The notes beneath the pieces were generated by a model that was not told where the DNA came from, did not search any database, and was given only the letters and a program-made list of their open reading frames with translations. Below, one piece after another: positions 8,456 through 17,165 of a stretch of 64,000 nt of DNA. A program made the position numbers and the translations under genes. Each line of letters opens with the position of its first letter. Positions within the stretch are counted from its first letter, which is position 1. The stretch is taken from assembly GCA_040218735.1 (NCBI GenBank), contig JAVJQW010000050.1, positions 340,171 to 404,170 of the forward strand, given 5' to 3'. The DNA comes from Deltaproteobacteria bacterium (GTDB lineage: Bacteria; Myxococcota; Kuafuiibacteriia; Kuafuiibacteriales; Kuafuiibacteriaceae).

Positions 8456-9375
8456 GACTCGCGGACCTCCACGTATCGCGACGCGTGGTCGGGCAGGACC
8501 GCCACCACGACCGGCTTCTTGCCGGCGGCGAGCGCCTCCTCGGCGATCGTCTTCGCGGCGTGAACCACGGCGCCCGCCGAGTGCCCGACGAGCAGGCCTT
8601 CGTCGCGGACGAGCGCCTCGGCGCTGTCCCAGCCCGCGTCCGTCGGGCAGAAGAAGGTCCGCGTCAGCACGGAGCGATCGTAGATCCCCGGGCGGATCGA
8701 TGTCTCGATGTACTTGAGGCCTTCGAGCCCGTGGAACTCGTCGTCCGGCTCCACGCCGATGACCTCGATGTCGTCCCGAAAGGCGCGAAGCCGACGCCCC
8801 GTGCCCATGACGGTGCCGCTCGTCCCGATGCCCGCGACGAAGTGCGTGATGCGATCGCCGAGGGCCTCGATGATCTCCTCCGCCGTCCCGTCGTGGTGCG
8901 CACGCCAGTTCGCCTCGTTGTTGTACTGGTTCGTGTAGAAGTAGCGCCCGGGCTGCTCCTCCACGATCTTGCGCACGAGCTCGATCGCGCCGTCGGAGCC
9001 GTCCATCGGATCGCTGTAGATGATCTTCGCGCCGAACGTGCTCAGCATGCTCTTGCGCGCCGACGACACGTTCTCGGGCATCACCAGCGTGACTTCGTAC
9101 CCGCGCGCCGCACCGTACAGCGCGAGCGCCACGCCCGTGTTGCCGCTCGTGGAGTCGATGATCGACATCCCGGGCCGCAGCTCACCGGACTTCTCTGCGG
9201 CCTGGATCAGGTTCAACGCCGGGCGGTCCTTCACGCTGCCGCCCGGGTTCAAGAACTCGAGCTTCGCCCAAACCTCGGCGCCTTCGGGCTCGACCGAACG
9301 GAGCCGGGCCATCGGCGTACGACCGACGGCCTCGGCGATCGACCCGACGGTCCGGGCCCGCGATGGTGCGCTCAC
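8452..9375 (-). CDS. cysM: Cysteine synthase, CysM type (likely carrier-dependent)
   Basis: NPGGSVKDR (PLP Lys), STSGNTG, NQY, GIGTSGT, LEGL, LPDHASRY; lies between the carrier and JAMM genes with 4-bp overlaps. Confidence 0.88.
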   Translation of the reverse strand: MSAPSRARTVGSIAEAVGRTPMARLRSVEPEGAEVWAKLEFLNPGGSVKDRPALNLIQAAEKSGELRPGMSIIDSTSGNTGVALALYGAARGYEVTLVMPENVSSARKSMLSTFGAKIIYSDPMDGSDGAIELVRKIVEEQPGRYFYTNQYNNEANWRAHHDGTAEEIIEALGDRITHFVAGIGTSGTVMGTGRRLRAFRDDIEVIGVEPDDEFHGLEGLKYIETSIRPGIYDRSVLTRTFFCPTDAGWDSAEALVRDEGLLVGHSAGAVVHAAKTIAEEALAAGKKPVVVAVLPDHASRYVEVRES

Positions 9376-9650
9376 CTGCCGCCCGCGATCGCCGGAACGA
9401 TGCTGACCTCCGTGCCGTCCTCGACCTTGGTGTCGACGTTGTCGAGGAACCGGATGTCCTCGTCCTTGTAGTAGACGTTCACGAAGCGCTTGGGCGCGCC
9501 GTTCTCGTCGCAGATGCGCTCGCCGATGCCGGGGTGCGCCGCGGTCAGGCTCGCGAGGACGGCCTTGATCGTCTCGCCCTGCACTTCGACCTTGTCATGC
9601 CCCTCCGTGAACTTCCTGAGGGGCGTCGGAATTCGAACCGTGATTGCCAT
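9372..9650 (-). CDS. MoaD/ThiS-family ubiquitin-like sulfur carrier (CysO-like)
   Basis: MAITVRIPTPLR...RFVNVY...EDIRFL...VSIVPAIAGGR; 92 aa; diglycine followed by one extra Arg. Confidence 0.92.
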   Translation of the reverse strand: MAITVRIPTPLRKFTEGHDKVEVQGETIKAVLASLTAAHPGIGERICDENGAPKRFVNVYYKDEDIRFLDNVDTKVEDGTEVSIVPAIAGGR

Positions 9651-10491
9651 GATGTTCTCGAGAACCTCCAAATTTTCGATCGACTGAGAAGTAGCGGTCT
9701 CCCGCGTCCACGACGATGCTGATGACGCGTGCGCCCTCGCTCGCCTCGTCCCGCGCTACACGTGCTGCAGCAGCGGAACCCATCCCGACCAGGATCCCTT
9801 CCTTGCGCGCGAGCTCGATGCGCGTTTCGTAGGCCTCGGGATCGAGCACACACACCACGCGGGTCGCGCCCTTGGGCGCCGACGACCCGCGCACCACGCC
9901 GTCCTGCACCGAGACCTCCGCCTGCTCGCACCGCACCGTTCCGACGGTCTCCACCGGCCGGCCCGCGGCGACGAACGCGTCCGCGACACCGAACAGCAGC
10001 TCACCACCGTTGAGCGGCGAGACGAGCACGGTCTTTTCGCCGTCGTCGTCGATCATCTCGACGAGCTCCGCACCGAGCGAGGATGAAAACGCCGCGCGCG
10101 CGAGCTCGGGCTTCTTCGGCGACACCAGGAGCGTCCCTTCGATCGTCGACGCGACCGCGTGGGTCTTCTCCAGCTCACCGGGCACCCGCACGACCTCGAC
10201 CGCGTACCGCCCGAGCAGATCCAGGTGCTCCGGCAACGTCTTGTCCGGGACCACGACCGTGAGCTTCTTCTTCAACGGCGCAGCCGCCGCCGCAAACGCG
10301 AGCGCAGGACTCCCGCTCGCCGCGATGACGACACGATCGTCGTCGCACGCGGCCAAAAGCGGACCGGCGATCCGATCGTACGCGCTACCGGACGGGAGCA
10401 TCATCTCGACCTTCGCGTACAGTGCTGTTCCCGGCGCGAAACGTTGAAGACGCACGAGCGGCGTCCCGAAGCTGGTCGAGATGAATGACAC
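9595..10491 (-). CDS. Cysteine-synthase-fold protein lacking PLP-binding residues (pseudoenzyme)
   Basis: GTPLVRL, YAKVE, EGILVG and DAGDRYFS retained; SVKDR becomes SAYDR, TSGNT becomes ASGSP, GTGGT becomes LNGGE. Confidence 0.82.
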   Translation of the reverse strand: MSFISTSFGTPLVRLQRFAPGTALYAKVEMMLPSGSAYDRIAGPLLAACDDDRVVIAASGSPALAFAAAAAPLKKKLTVVVPDKTLPEHLDLLGRYAVEVVRVPGELEKTHAVASTIEGTLLVSPKKPELARAAFSSSLGAELVEMIDDDGEKTVLVSPLNGGELLFGVADAFVAAGRPVETVGTVRCEQAEVSVQDGVVRGSSAPKGATRVVCVLDPEAYETRIELARKEGILVGMGSAAAARVARDEASEGARVISIVVDAGDRYFSVDRKFGGSREHHGNHGSNSDAPQEVHGGA

Positions 10492-10526
10492 TTCGTGTCA
10501 AATGAACGGACGAACGGCGGGTTTCG

Positions 10527-13500
10527 TCAACCGTCGGAGAGGCCCGCGAGCCTCCGGAGCCGCTCGGTCTTCTCGGAGAGCTCCCGCGACACCCGCTCGA
10601 GCTGCCGCTCCCGGTCGTCGATCGTGGTCTCCAGCTCGGTGATCCTCCGCTCCGCCTGGACCTGCGCCTGCTCCGAGGCCTGAAGCTGCGCCCGCAGCCG
10701 GTGCGACTCGGATTCCATCGCCGTAGCCTCCGCCGTCAGCCGCGCAAGCTGCTGGTCGCGGGCCTCGACGTCCGTCCGCAGCCGGTCCACGTCACCCCGC
10801 TGCTCCAGCTTCCCGCGCAGGATGTCGCTGTCCGAGCGCGCCTGCGTGAGCTGCCGCCGCACGAACTCCAGGCCCTCGCGGCCCTGGCGGATCTCCGAGA
10901 GCTTCCGCCCGACCTCCGCGCGCGCCTCGTCCAGCTCACGCGCCGTCCGCTCCGCGAGCGCCTTGAGGCGTTTGACCTCGCCGTCGCGGTCCGCGAGGGC
11001 GCGCTCCAGGTTCTGGACCCGACCACGCAACGCGTCCGAATTCGACGACGCCCCGGCCTCCAGCTCCACGATGCGCTCACGCGCCGCGGTGAGCGCGGTC
11101 TCCAAGTTCGACCGCGACGTGCTGCCGAGCTCCTGCTCGAGCTGCGAGAGCCGCGCCTCCACCTTGCCCTTCGCCGCCTCGACCTGCTGCCGCTGGTCCT
11201 CGACCGTGCGCAGGCGCCCCTCGACCTCTTCGAGCTTGGCCTGCCAACGCGTCTCCTTCTGCTGCACTTCGAGCTCGAGGTGACGCCGCTGGCGCTCGGC
11301 GTGCTCCGCGCGGCCCTCCGCTTCGAGGGATCGCTGCTCGAGCGTCTTGCGCTTCTCCTCCAGCCGCTGCGCCCGCGCCTCGGACTCCTTCGAAAACGCC
11401 TCCGCGTGCCGCGCGCGATCCGCACTGCGCTCCGACTCCGCGCGCATCCGCTCGACGTCTGCCTCGGCCTTCGACAGCTTCGACTCCGCGTTGGACCGAC
11501 GCTCCTCCAGCTGCGCGATCGTGAGCTTCGTTTCGTCGAGCTCCTTCGCGACGCGCGTCGCTTCCGCCTCGGCGCGCTCTGCGCGTATCCGCTGCTCCTC
11601 GGCCAACGCCGGGTTCGAGCCCGCGAGCGCGCGGTTCGCCTCCGCGAGGCGCGACTCCGTCTCTTCGCGCGCCTGCTGCTCGGCCTGCGCGGCGTCCCAG
11701 CCTTCCTTCGCACGCGCCGACTGCTCCGCGACCTGATCGCGCAGCGCCGTGATCTCCGACTTCAGCCCGTCGCGTTCGCCGGCCGTCTGCGCGAGCCGCG
11801 CGACGCGTTCCTGCCCCGCCTTCCGCTCGGCGGCGAGGTCGTCGGTGAGCCCCTGAATCTTGGCGTGCAAGGCGTCTTGCTCTTCCTTCGACGCCTCCAC
11901 CAGAGCACGCAGCGTGTCGCGCTCACCGGTGGTCTCCGCGAACCGCGAGGCCTCGACCTCCTGCACGCTCACGAGATCCTCGATGCGCGCCTCCATCACG
12001 GTGCGCGCCGCCTCCGCGTTCGCGACGTCCGCACGCAGCCCCTCCAGCTCCATCTGCTGGTGTTCGAGGAGCTGCTGCGCGCCCTTCGCCTCGTCGAGCG
12101 CCTCACTGACCTTCGACAGCTCCGCCTGCAGGCGATCGCGCTCCGCGCTCGCGGCGTCGAGTCGCGACACCGCCGCCGACAGCTCGCGGTCCGCGTCCTC
12201 GGCGAGGCGCTTGGCCTCGTCGGCGTCGGCGGTCGCGGTCATCAGCGCCTCGTCCTTCGACGCGAGCTCCGCCTCCAACCGCTCTCGGTTGTTCTGCTCC
12301 GACGCGAGCGCCGCCTGCACCGAAGTCTTCGTCTCCTCGAGGTTCCGCTCCTCGGTCTGGAGCCGCTGCACCTCGGCGCGCAACGCCGCGACCTCGGAGT
12401 CGAGCCGCGAACGCTCCTGCGCCGCGATCGATCGCTCCGCTCGCGCTTCGTCGCGCGCCTCGATCGCCTCGGACAGCTCCGCCTCGATCTTCGTGCGCTC
12501 GTCCGTGAGGCTGTGGATCCGCGCTTCGAGCGCCGCCCGCTCCTCCTGCGCCGCGACGCGCTCATCGGAGAGCACCTGCACGCGCTCCTCCAGCGGACGC
12601 AGCTGCGACTCGATCGTCCCGAGCTCCCGCAGGCGCTCCTCCAGCGCGCGCACTTCCCCTTCGAGCTGTTCGACGCGCTCCGAAGACTTGTCGCGCTGAG
12701 CCTCCAGCTCGCGGATGTGCGCGTCACGATCTTCGAGGCGACGCGTCAGCAGCTCGTCCGCCGCCTTGCGCGACGCTTCGACCTGCCCGATTCGCTCCTC
12801 GAGCGCCGTGACCCGCTCCTGGGCCTCGTCCGCTTCCGCGCGCGCCGCCTCCAGCGTTTGCTCCGCCTCGTCCGCCCGGCGCCGCTCCGCGGTGAACCGC
12901 TCCTCGCCCTCGTGCTTCGCGGCGTCGCGCTCGGCTTCGACCGCGGCGATACGCTCGTCCTGCGACTCGATCCGGCGACGGGCCTCTTCGGCCTCGGCGC
13001 GCGCGGTGGCCAACGCTTCCGCGGCTTCGTCGCGCTCCGACCGCGCCGACGCGAGCTCGGCGTCCAACCCAGTCCGCGCCTCGGCGACCTCGTCGCGCTC
13101 CGACTGCGCGGAGGCGAGGGCCTCTTCGAGCTGACCGCGACTCGCCACGAGCTCGTCGCGCTCCAGGCGCACCGCCGCGAGCTCCACCTCGAGCTGGCCG
13201 CGCGTCTCGTTCGCCGCCGAAAGATCGGCGTCGAGCGCCTCGGCCTTCGACTTCAGCGCGGTGTGCTCCGCCTCGACCGACTGCTGCTCTTCGGCCAAGG
13301 CCTGCAGGAGCCCCTCCAGCGTGGAGCGCTCCGCGATCGCATCGGCGCGCGCACGTCCGAGCGATTCGATCTGCTCTGCGAGCGCCGTCTTGGCGTCCTC
13401 GTTCTCCGCCTCCCGCTGCGCCGCGTCGGCCTCGCGCTTCGACAGCTCAGCGCGCAAGCGCTCCACCTCGTCGAAGTGGGCACCCGCCGCCGCCTCCAGC

Positions 13501-16500
13501 CGCGCGATGTGGGCGGTGAGCCGCTGTCGCTCCTCCTCCGCCGCGTCGGCCTGACGCGGATCCGTCGTGTTCTGCGCGACGACGAGCGCGGAGGCCAGCG
13601 CCTCGATCTCGTCTTCCGCGTCCACACGCATCCGCTCGGCGCGCGCGTGGGTGTCCTGCAGCTGAATGCGCGTGAGCGCCAGCGCGTCCTCCAGCGCCTC
13701 GACCCGCAGCGACGCCTCGAGCCGCGCCTGGTGCGCGACGAGGCGCGAACGCCCCTGCACGTCGCGCAGCTCGGCGCGGAGCGCTTCGGCCTCTTCGATC
13801 GCACGCCGACGCAGACCATCGATGCGCCGCAACTCGACTTGCATCGCGAGCCGCTCCCGATCGTCGGTCTCGGCGTAACGCGCTGCGAGGGCCTCGGCGC
13901 GCACCGCCTCGAGCTGACTCCGGAGCCGCTGCGCGGCCTCCTCGGCCTCCATGCGCAGCTGGCGCTCCTCGAACGCCCGCGCCACGTGCGGGCCCGGCCC
14001 GATCGCGAGCGCGGACTCCAGCTGCTCGACGCGCTGATGCGCCTCGAACCGGTCCGCCTTGAGGCGCTCGATCGTGCGCGCGTCCGACTCGACCCGCGAG
14101 CGCAGGATGTCGACCTCGTCGTCGTCCGCGAGCGCCGGCTGCGGGAGCATCGACGGCGGCGTCTCCGGAGGGATCTTCGCCTGCGCCTCGCGCAGCGCAC
14201 CCTCCAACGTGAGGACGTCGTTCTCGCGAGCTTCGAGCTCGCGCAGCAATGCGGTCTGCTCGAACTCCAGGCGGTTCACACGATCGGCGAGTGTCTTCGC
14301 CTCCATCACCGCGTGGACCCGCGCCGCTTCGATGCTCTTCTCGCTCCGCGACGCGTCCTGACGCTGGCGCTCCAGCGTGCCCTTCTCACCCTCGAGCTGT
14401 TCGGCGCGCGCGTTCGACTCCGCGAGCGCCTTCTCGAGATCCGTGAGGCGCATCGACAGCTTCGCCGCCTCTTCGAGCGTACGCCCGAGCGCGGTCTCGG
14501 CGGTCTCCCGCGCGGCGACCGCCTCGCGCAGCGCCTCCGGATCCGCCTGCGGCGTGGTCTGCTCCAGCACGCGCTGCCGACGCAGCGACGCCAGCTCCGT
14601 GCGGTACAACGTCCGCTCCGCTTCGGCGCGCGTGAGCGACCAGACCGCCTCCGCGGCCTCCCCCTCCGCGCGCACCTTCTCGGCGAGCGCGGTGCCCATC
14701 TGGTCGAGGTGATCCTTCGCGTCGCGCTCCAGCGCCTCGTTGCGCTCGCGCCACATCCGCGCCTCGCGGACGCCCTCGCTGGCGGCCATCGTCGCCTCGC
14801 GGAGCAGCTCCTCCAGCTCGTCCTTCGCCCGCACCGCGCGGTCGCGCTCGGCGGCCGTCTGATCCAGGCGCCGCTCCAGCGCGGCGAGTTTGTCGTCGAG
14901 CGCCTGCGCGCGCGACGTCTCGGCCGAGCCCGACGACTCCGCCCGCGACATCCGCGAACGCAACGCCTCGAGCTCACCCTTCAGCTTCTTGTTCTCCTCC
15001 ACCGCGTGGAGGTGACGGTTGTTCGCGGCCTCCGCGGCGTCGCGTGCGTCCTCGACCTCGCGCTCCAGTCGATCGAGCGCGGCCTGCCCGCCCTCCAGCG
15101 ACAACGCGAGCTGCTGCGCGCGCTCCTCGGAAGCGATCGCCCGTTGCGCCATCCCGGCCGCGGCGTCGCGCTCGTCGAGGAGCATCTGCGAGGTCGCCGC
15201 GAGCGCGTCGCGCTCGTTGCGCAGCGCCTTCACCCGCCCGCGGAGCTGCTCGACCTCCTGCATCAGGTGCCCCGCGGCGAGCTCCACCGCCTTCTTGTCG
15301 CGGTCGCGCATCCGCGCGTCGCCGCTCGCGACCTGCATCTGCGCGGCCTGGTCGAGGAGCTCACGTTCGAGGGCTTCGATCCGGCCCGCGCGCTGGTGGG
15401 CCTCGTGGCGGAGCCGGTTCACCTCATCGGCGAGCCCGCGCGTGACCTGCGCGCTCTGTTCGTACGCACGCTCGGCCTGCTCCGCGCGCTCCTCGGCGGC
15501 GGCGCGCCGCGCGGCGACGTGCTCCTCTTCGTTCTCGATCTCCGAGAGCTTCTGCTCCGCGCGCTCGCGGCGGTGGTCGGAGTCGGAGAGCGCCTCCGCG
15601 AGGAAGGCGATGCGCCCTTCGAGCCGGTCCTGCTCGGCGGCGTGCGCCATCGTCACGTCGTCGAGGCGGCGCGTGAGGTATTCGATCCGCGACGCGGCGT
15701 CGCGGTAGTCGGTGCCCAGCGCGTGGCGAACCTCGAGCTGACCCGACAGCTCCTGCTCGAGCTCCGCGATGCGCTGCTCCTGCAGGCTCGCGGTGCGCTC
15801 CAGGTGGTGGATGCGGCGCTCCGCCTCCGAAAGATCCTCCGAAGGCTGCGGGATCTCGCTCGACTGATCGACGATCGTCCGCTGCAGCTCGCTGATCCGC
15901 GTCGCGTAGCGATGGGCCTCTTCGACGTGGACGTCGACCTTCGTGCGCAGGTCCTGGATGACCTCTTCGCGCTCGACCTCCGCGTCGCGGAACGCTTCGA
16001 GCTCCGCCTCCGCCTTCTCGCGCGCGGCCTTCTCGCGTTCGAGCGCGGCGTTGAGGCCGTCGACCCGAGTCCCCAGCTCCTGCCGCGCCGACTCGAGGCG
16101 TGACACCAGCGCCCGGGCGTTGTCCTCGGTGGGGCGCTCCAACACCGTCGGGGAGATGATCTCCTGCGGCGCCGGGAGCGACGATTGCGCGCGCGCCTCG
16201 GCGAGCCGCGCGTGGAACGCCTCGCGGATGCGCGGGAGGCGGTTCTTGATCTCTTCGAGCGAAGCGTCGCGCTGACCGATCAGCTTGCGCGCGCTCGCGA
16301 GCGCGCCGAGCAAGCGCTTGGTGTCGGCCGCGGACTTCGCCTGCGCGGCCTCCTGCAGCGCCTCGAAGTCGAGGAACGGCAGCTCGACGAGGGTGCGATC
16401 CTGAGGCTCCGGCGCCCCCGCGCCGCCGATCGCGAGCACGTGGCTGGGGCGCGCGACGGGGCCCGAGAGCGACGGATCGAGGCTGACGTCGAGGCTCGCG

Positions 16501-17105
16501 GGGTCCTGGCCCTCGCGGTGGATCGTTACGCCGATGAACGGGGACTGCACGTAGAAGCGCGCGTCAGGGAACGTGTCCTTCACCGCGCTCTCGAGGCGAT
16601 GCGGCTCCAGCTCCGGGTACTCACCTTCGTCGGCGGCGAGGTGGGTGAGCGAGCGGCCCGTCGCGGCGAACCCGACGAGCATGAAGCCGTCCGAGGACAA
16701 TACGCGGCGCACCTCGTCGAGGAAGCGCGCGTTGGCGGCGAGCTCACGCGAGAGGTCGGCGACGAGGACGGCGTCGAAGCTGTCGTCCGGGAAGTCGACG
16801 CGGCCGCGATCCATCGAGAACAGCTCGACCGCGTGCGAGCCGAAGCGCGAGCGATCGAACGCCCCCGCGTCGGGCGCCGTACCGATCACACGTTGCGCGC
16901 CGGCGTCGAGGAGCCGGAGCAACGATCGGGGATCGTCGGTACCGACCTCGAGCACGCGGCGCCCTTCGAGCGCGGCTTCGACGAGGAGGTAACGCGGCAA
17001 AAACTCCCCGAGCCCGAGCGACGCACGGGCGCGTGGAGCGCGCTGCGCGCCCTGAATGATGGCGGTGAGGTCGGCCGGTTGGTCGCTATGCGAGCTGGTC
17101 GTCAC
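10527..17105 (-). CDS. Class I methyltransferase-like N-terminal domain plus a very long coiled coil (2192 aa)
   Basis: RRVLEVG, FPDDSFDAV and EVRRVLSSDG at the N-terminus; the rest is E/A/R/L-rich helical sequence with Pro-rich breaks; no signal peptide. Confidence 0.88.
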   Translation of the reverse strand: MTTSSHSDQPADLTAIIQGAQRAPRARASLGLGEFLPRYLLVEAALEGRRVLEVGTDDPRSLLRLLDAGAQRVIGTAPDAGAFDRSRFGSHAVELFSMDRGRVDFPDDSFDAVLVADLSRELAANARFLDEVRRVLSSDGFMLVGFAATGRSLTHLAADEGEYPELEPHRLESAVKDTFPDARFYVQSPFIGVTIHREGQDPASLDVSLDPSLSGPVARPSHVLAIGGAGAPEPQDRTLVELPFLDFEALQEAAQAKSAADTKRLLGALASARKLIGQRDASLEEIKNRLPRIREAFHARLAEARAQSSLPAPQEIISPTVLERPTEDNARALVSRLESARQELGTRVDGLNAALEREKAAREKAEAELEAFRDAEVEREEVIQDLRTKVDVHVEEAHRYATRISELQRTIVDQSSEIPQPSEDLSEAERRIHHLERTASLQEQRIAELEQELSGQLEVRHALGTDYRDAASRIEYLTRRLDDVTMAHAAEQDRLEGRIAFLAEALSDSDHRRERAEQKLSEIENEEEHVAARRAAAEERAEQAERAYEQSAQVTRGLADEVNRLRHEAHQRAGRIEALERELLDQAAQMQVASGDARMRDRDKKAVELAAGHLMQEVEQLRGRVKALRNERDALAATSQMLLDERDAAAGMAQRAIASEERAQQLALSLEGGQAALDRLEREVEDARDAAEAANNRHLHAVEENKKLKGELEALRSRMSRAESSGSAETSRAQALDDKLAALERRLDQTAAERDRAVRAKDELEELLREATMAASEGVREARMWRERNEALERDAKDHLDQMGTALAEKVRAEGEAAEAVWSLTRAEAERTLYRTELASLRRQRVLEQTTPQADPEALREAVAARETAETALGRTLEEAAKLSMRLTDLEKALAESNARAEQLEGEKGTLERQRQDASRSEKSIEAARVHAVMEAKTLADRVNRLEFEQTALLRELEARENDVLTLEGALREAQAKIPPETPPSMLPQPALADDDEVDILRSRVESDARTIERLKADRFEAHQRVEQLESALAIGPGPHVARAFEERQLRMEAEEAAQRLRSQLEAVRAEALAARYAETDDRERLAMQVELRRIDGLRRRAIEEAEALRAELRDVQGRSRLVAHQARLEASLRVEALEDALALTRIQLQDTHARAERMRVDAEDEIEALASALVVAQNTTDPRQADAAEEERQRLTAHIARLEAAAGAHFDEVERLRAELSKREADAAQREAENEDAKTALAEQIESLGRARADAIAERSTLEGLLQALAEEQQSVEAEHTALKSKAEALDADLSAANETRGQLEVELAAVRLERDELVASRGQLEEALASAQSERDEVAEARTGLDAELASARSERDEAAEALATARAEAEEARRRIESQDERIAAVEAERDAAKHEGEERFTAERRRADEAEQTLEAARAEADEAQERVTALEERIGQVEASRKAADELLTRRLEDRDAHIRELEAQRDKSSERVEQLEGEVRALEERLRELGTIESQLRPLEERVQVLSDERVAAQEERAALEARIHSLTDERTKIEAELSEAIEARDEARAERSIAAQERSRLDSEVAALRAEVQRLQTEERNLEETKTSVQAALASEQNNRERLEAELASKDEALMTATADADEAKRLAEDADRELSAAVSRLDAASAERDRLQAELSKVSEALDEAKGAQQLLEHQQMELEGLRADVANAEAARTVMEARIEDLVSVQEVEASRFAETTGERDTLRALVEASKEEQDALHAKIQGLTDDLAAERKAGQERVARLAQTAGERDGLKSEITALRDQVAEQSARAKEGWDAAQAEQQAREETESRLAEANRALAGSNPALAEEQRIRAERAEAEATRVAKELDETKLTIAQLEERRSNAESKLSKAEADVERMRAESERSADRARHAEAFSKESEARAQRLEEKRKTLEQRSLEAEGRAEHAERQRRHLELEVQQKETRWQAKLEEVEGRLRTVEDQRQQVEAAKGKVEARLSQLEQELGSTSRSNLETALTAARERIVELEAGASSNSDALRGRVQNLERALADRDGEVKRLKALAERTARELDEARAEVGRKLSEIRQGREGLEFVRRQLTQARSDSDILRGKLEQRGDVDRLRTDVEARDQQLARLTAEATAMESESHRLRAQLQASEQAQVQAERRITELETTIDDRERQLERVSRELSEKTERLRRLAGLSDG

Positions 17106-17165
17106 GGCAGCGCCGTCCAGCTAACCAGCGATCGGGGTTGGCGTCGAGAAACCGAGTGGCCTCGG

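Noticed and set aside
10701-16103. 1800-aa plus-strand ORF, and similar long ORFs at 1285-5163, 5138-8563, 20808-23855, 41067-44270, 47911-50568, 51216-54347 and 56238-61640
   Set aside because: Antisense shadows of well-supported genes; Arg/Leu/Gly-rich with no motifs, as expected in high-GC DNA with few stop codons.
10527-17105. SMC or AglZ assignment
   Set aside because: No Walker A/B motifs or hinge, and no receiver domain.
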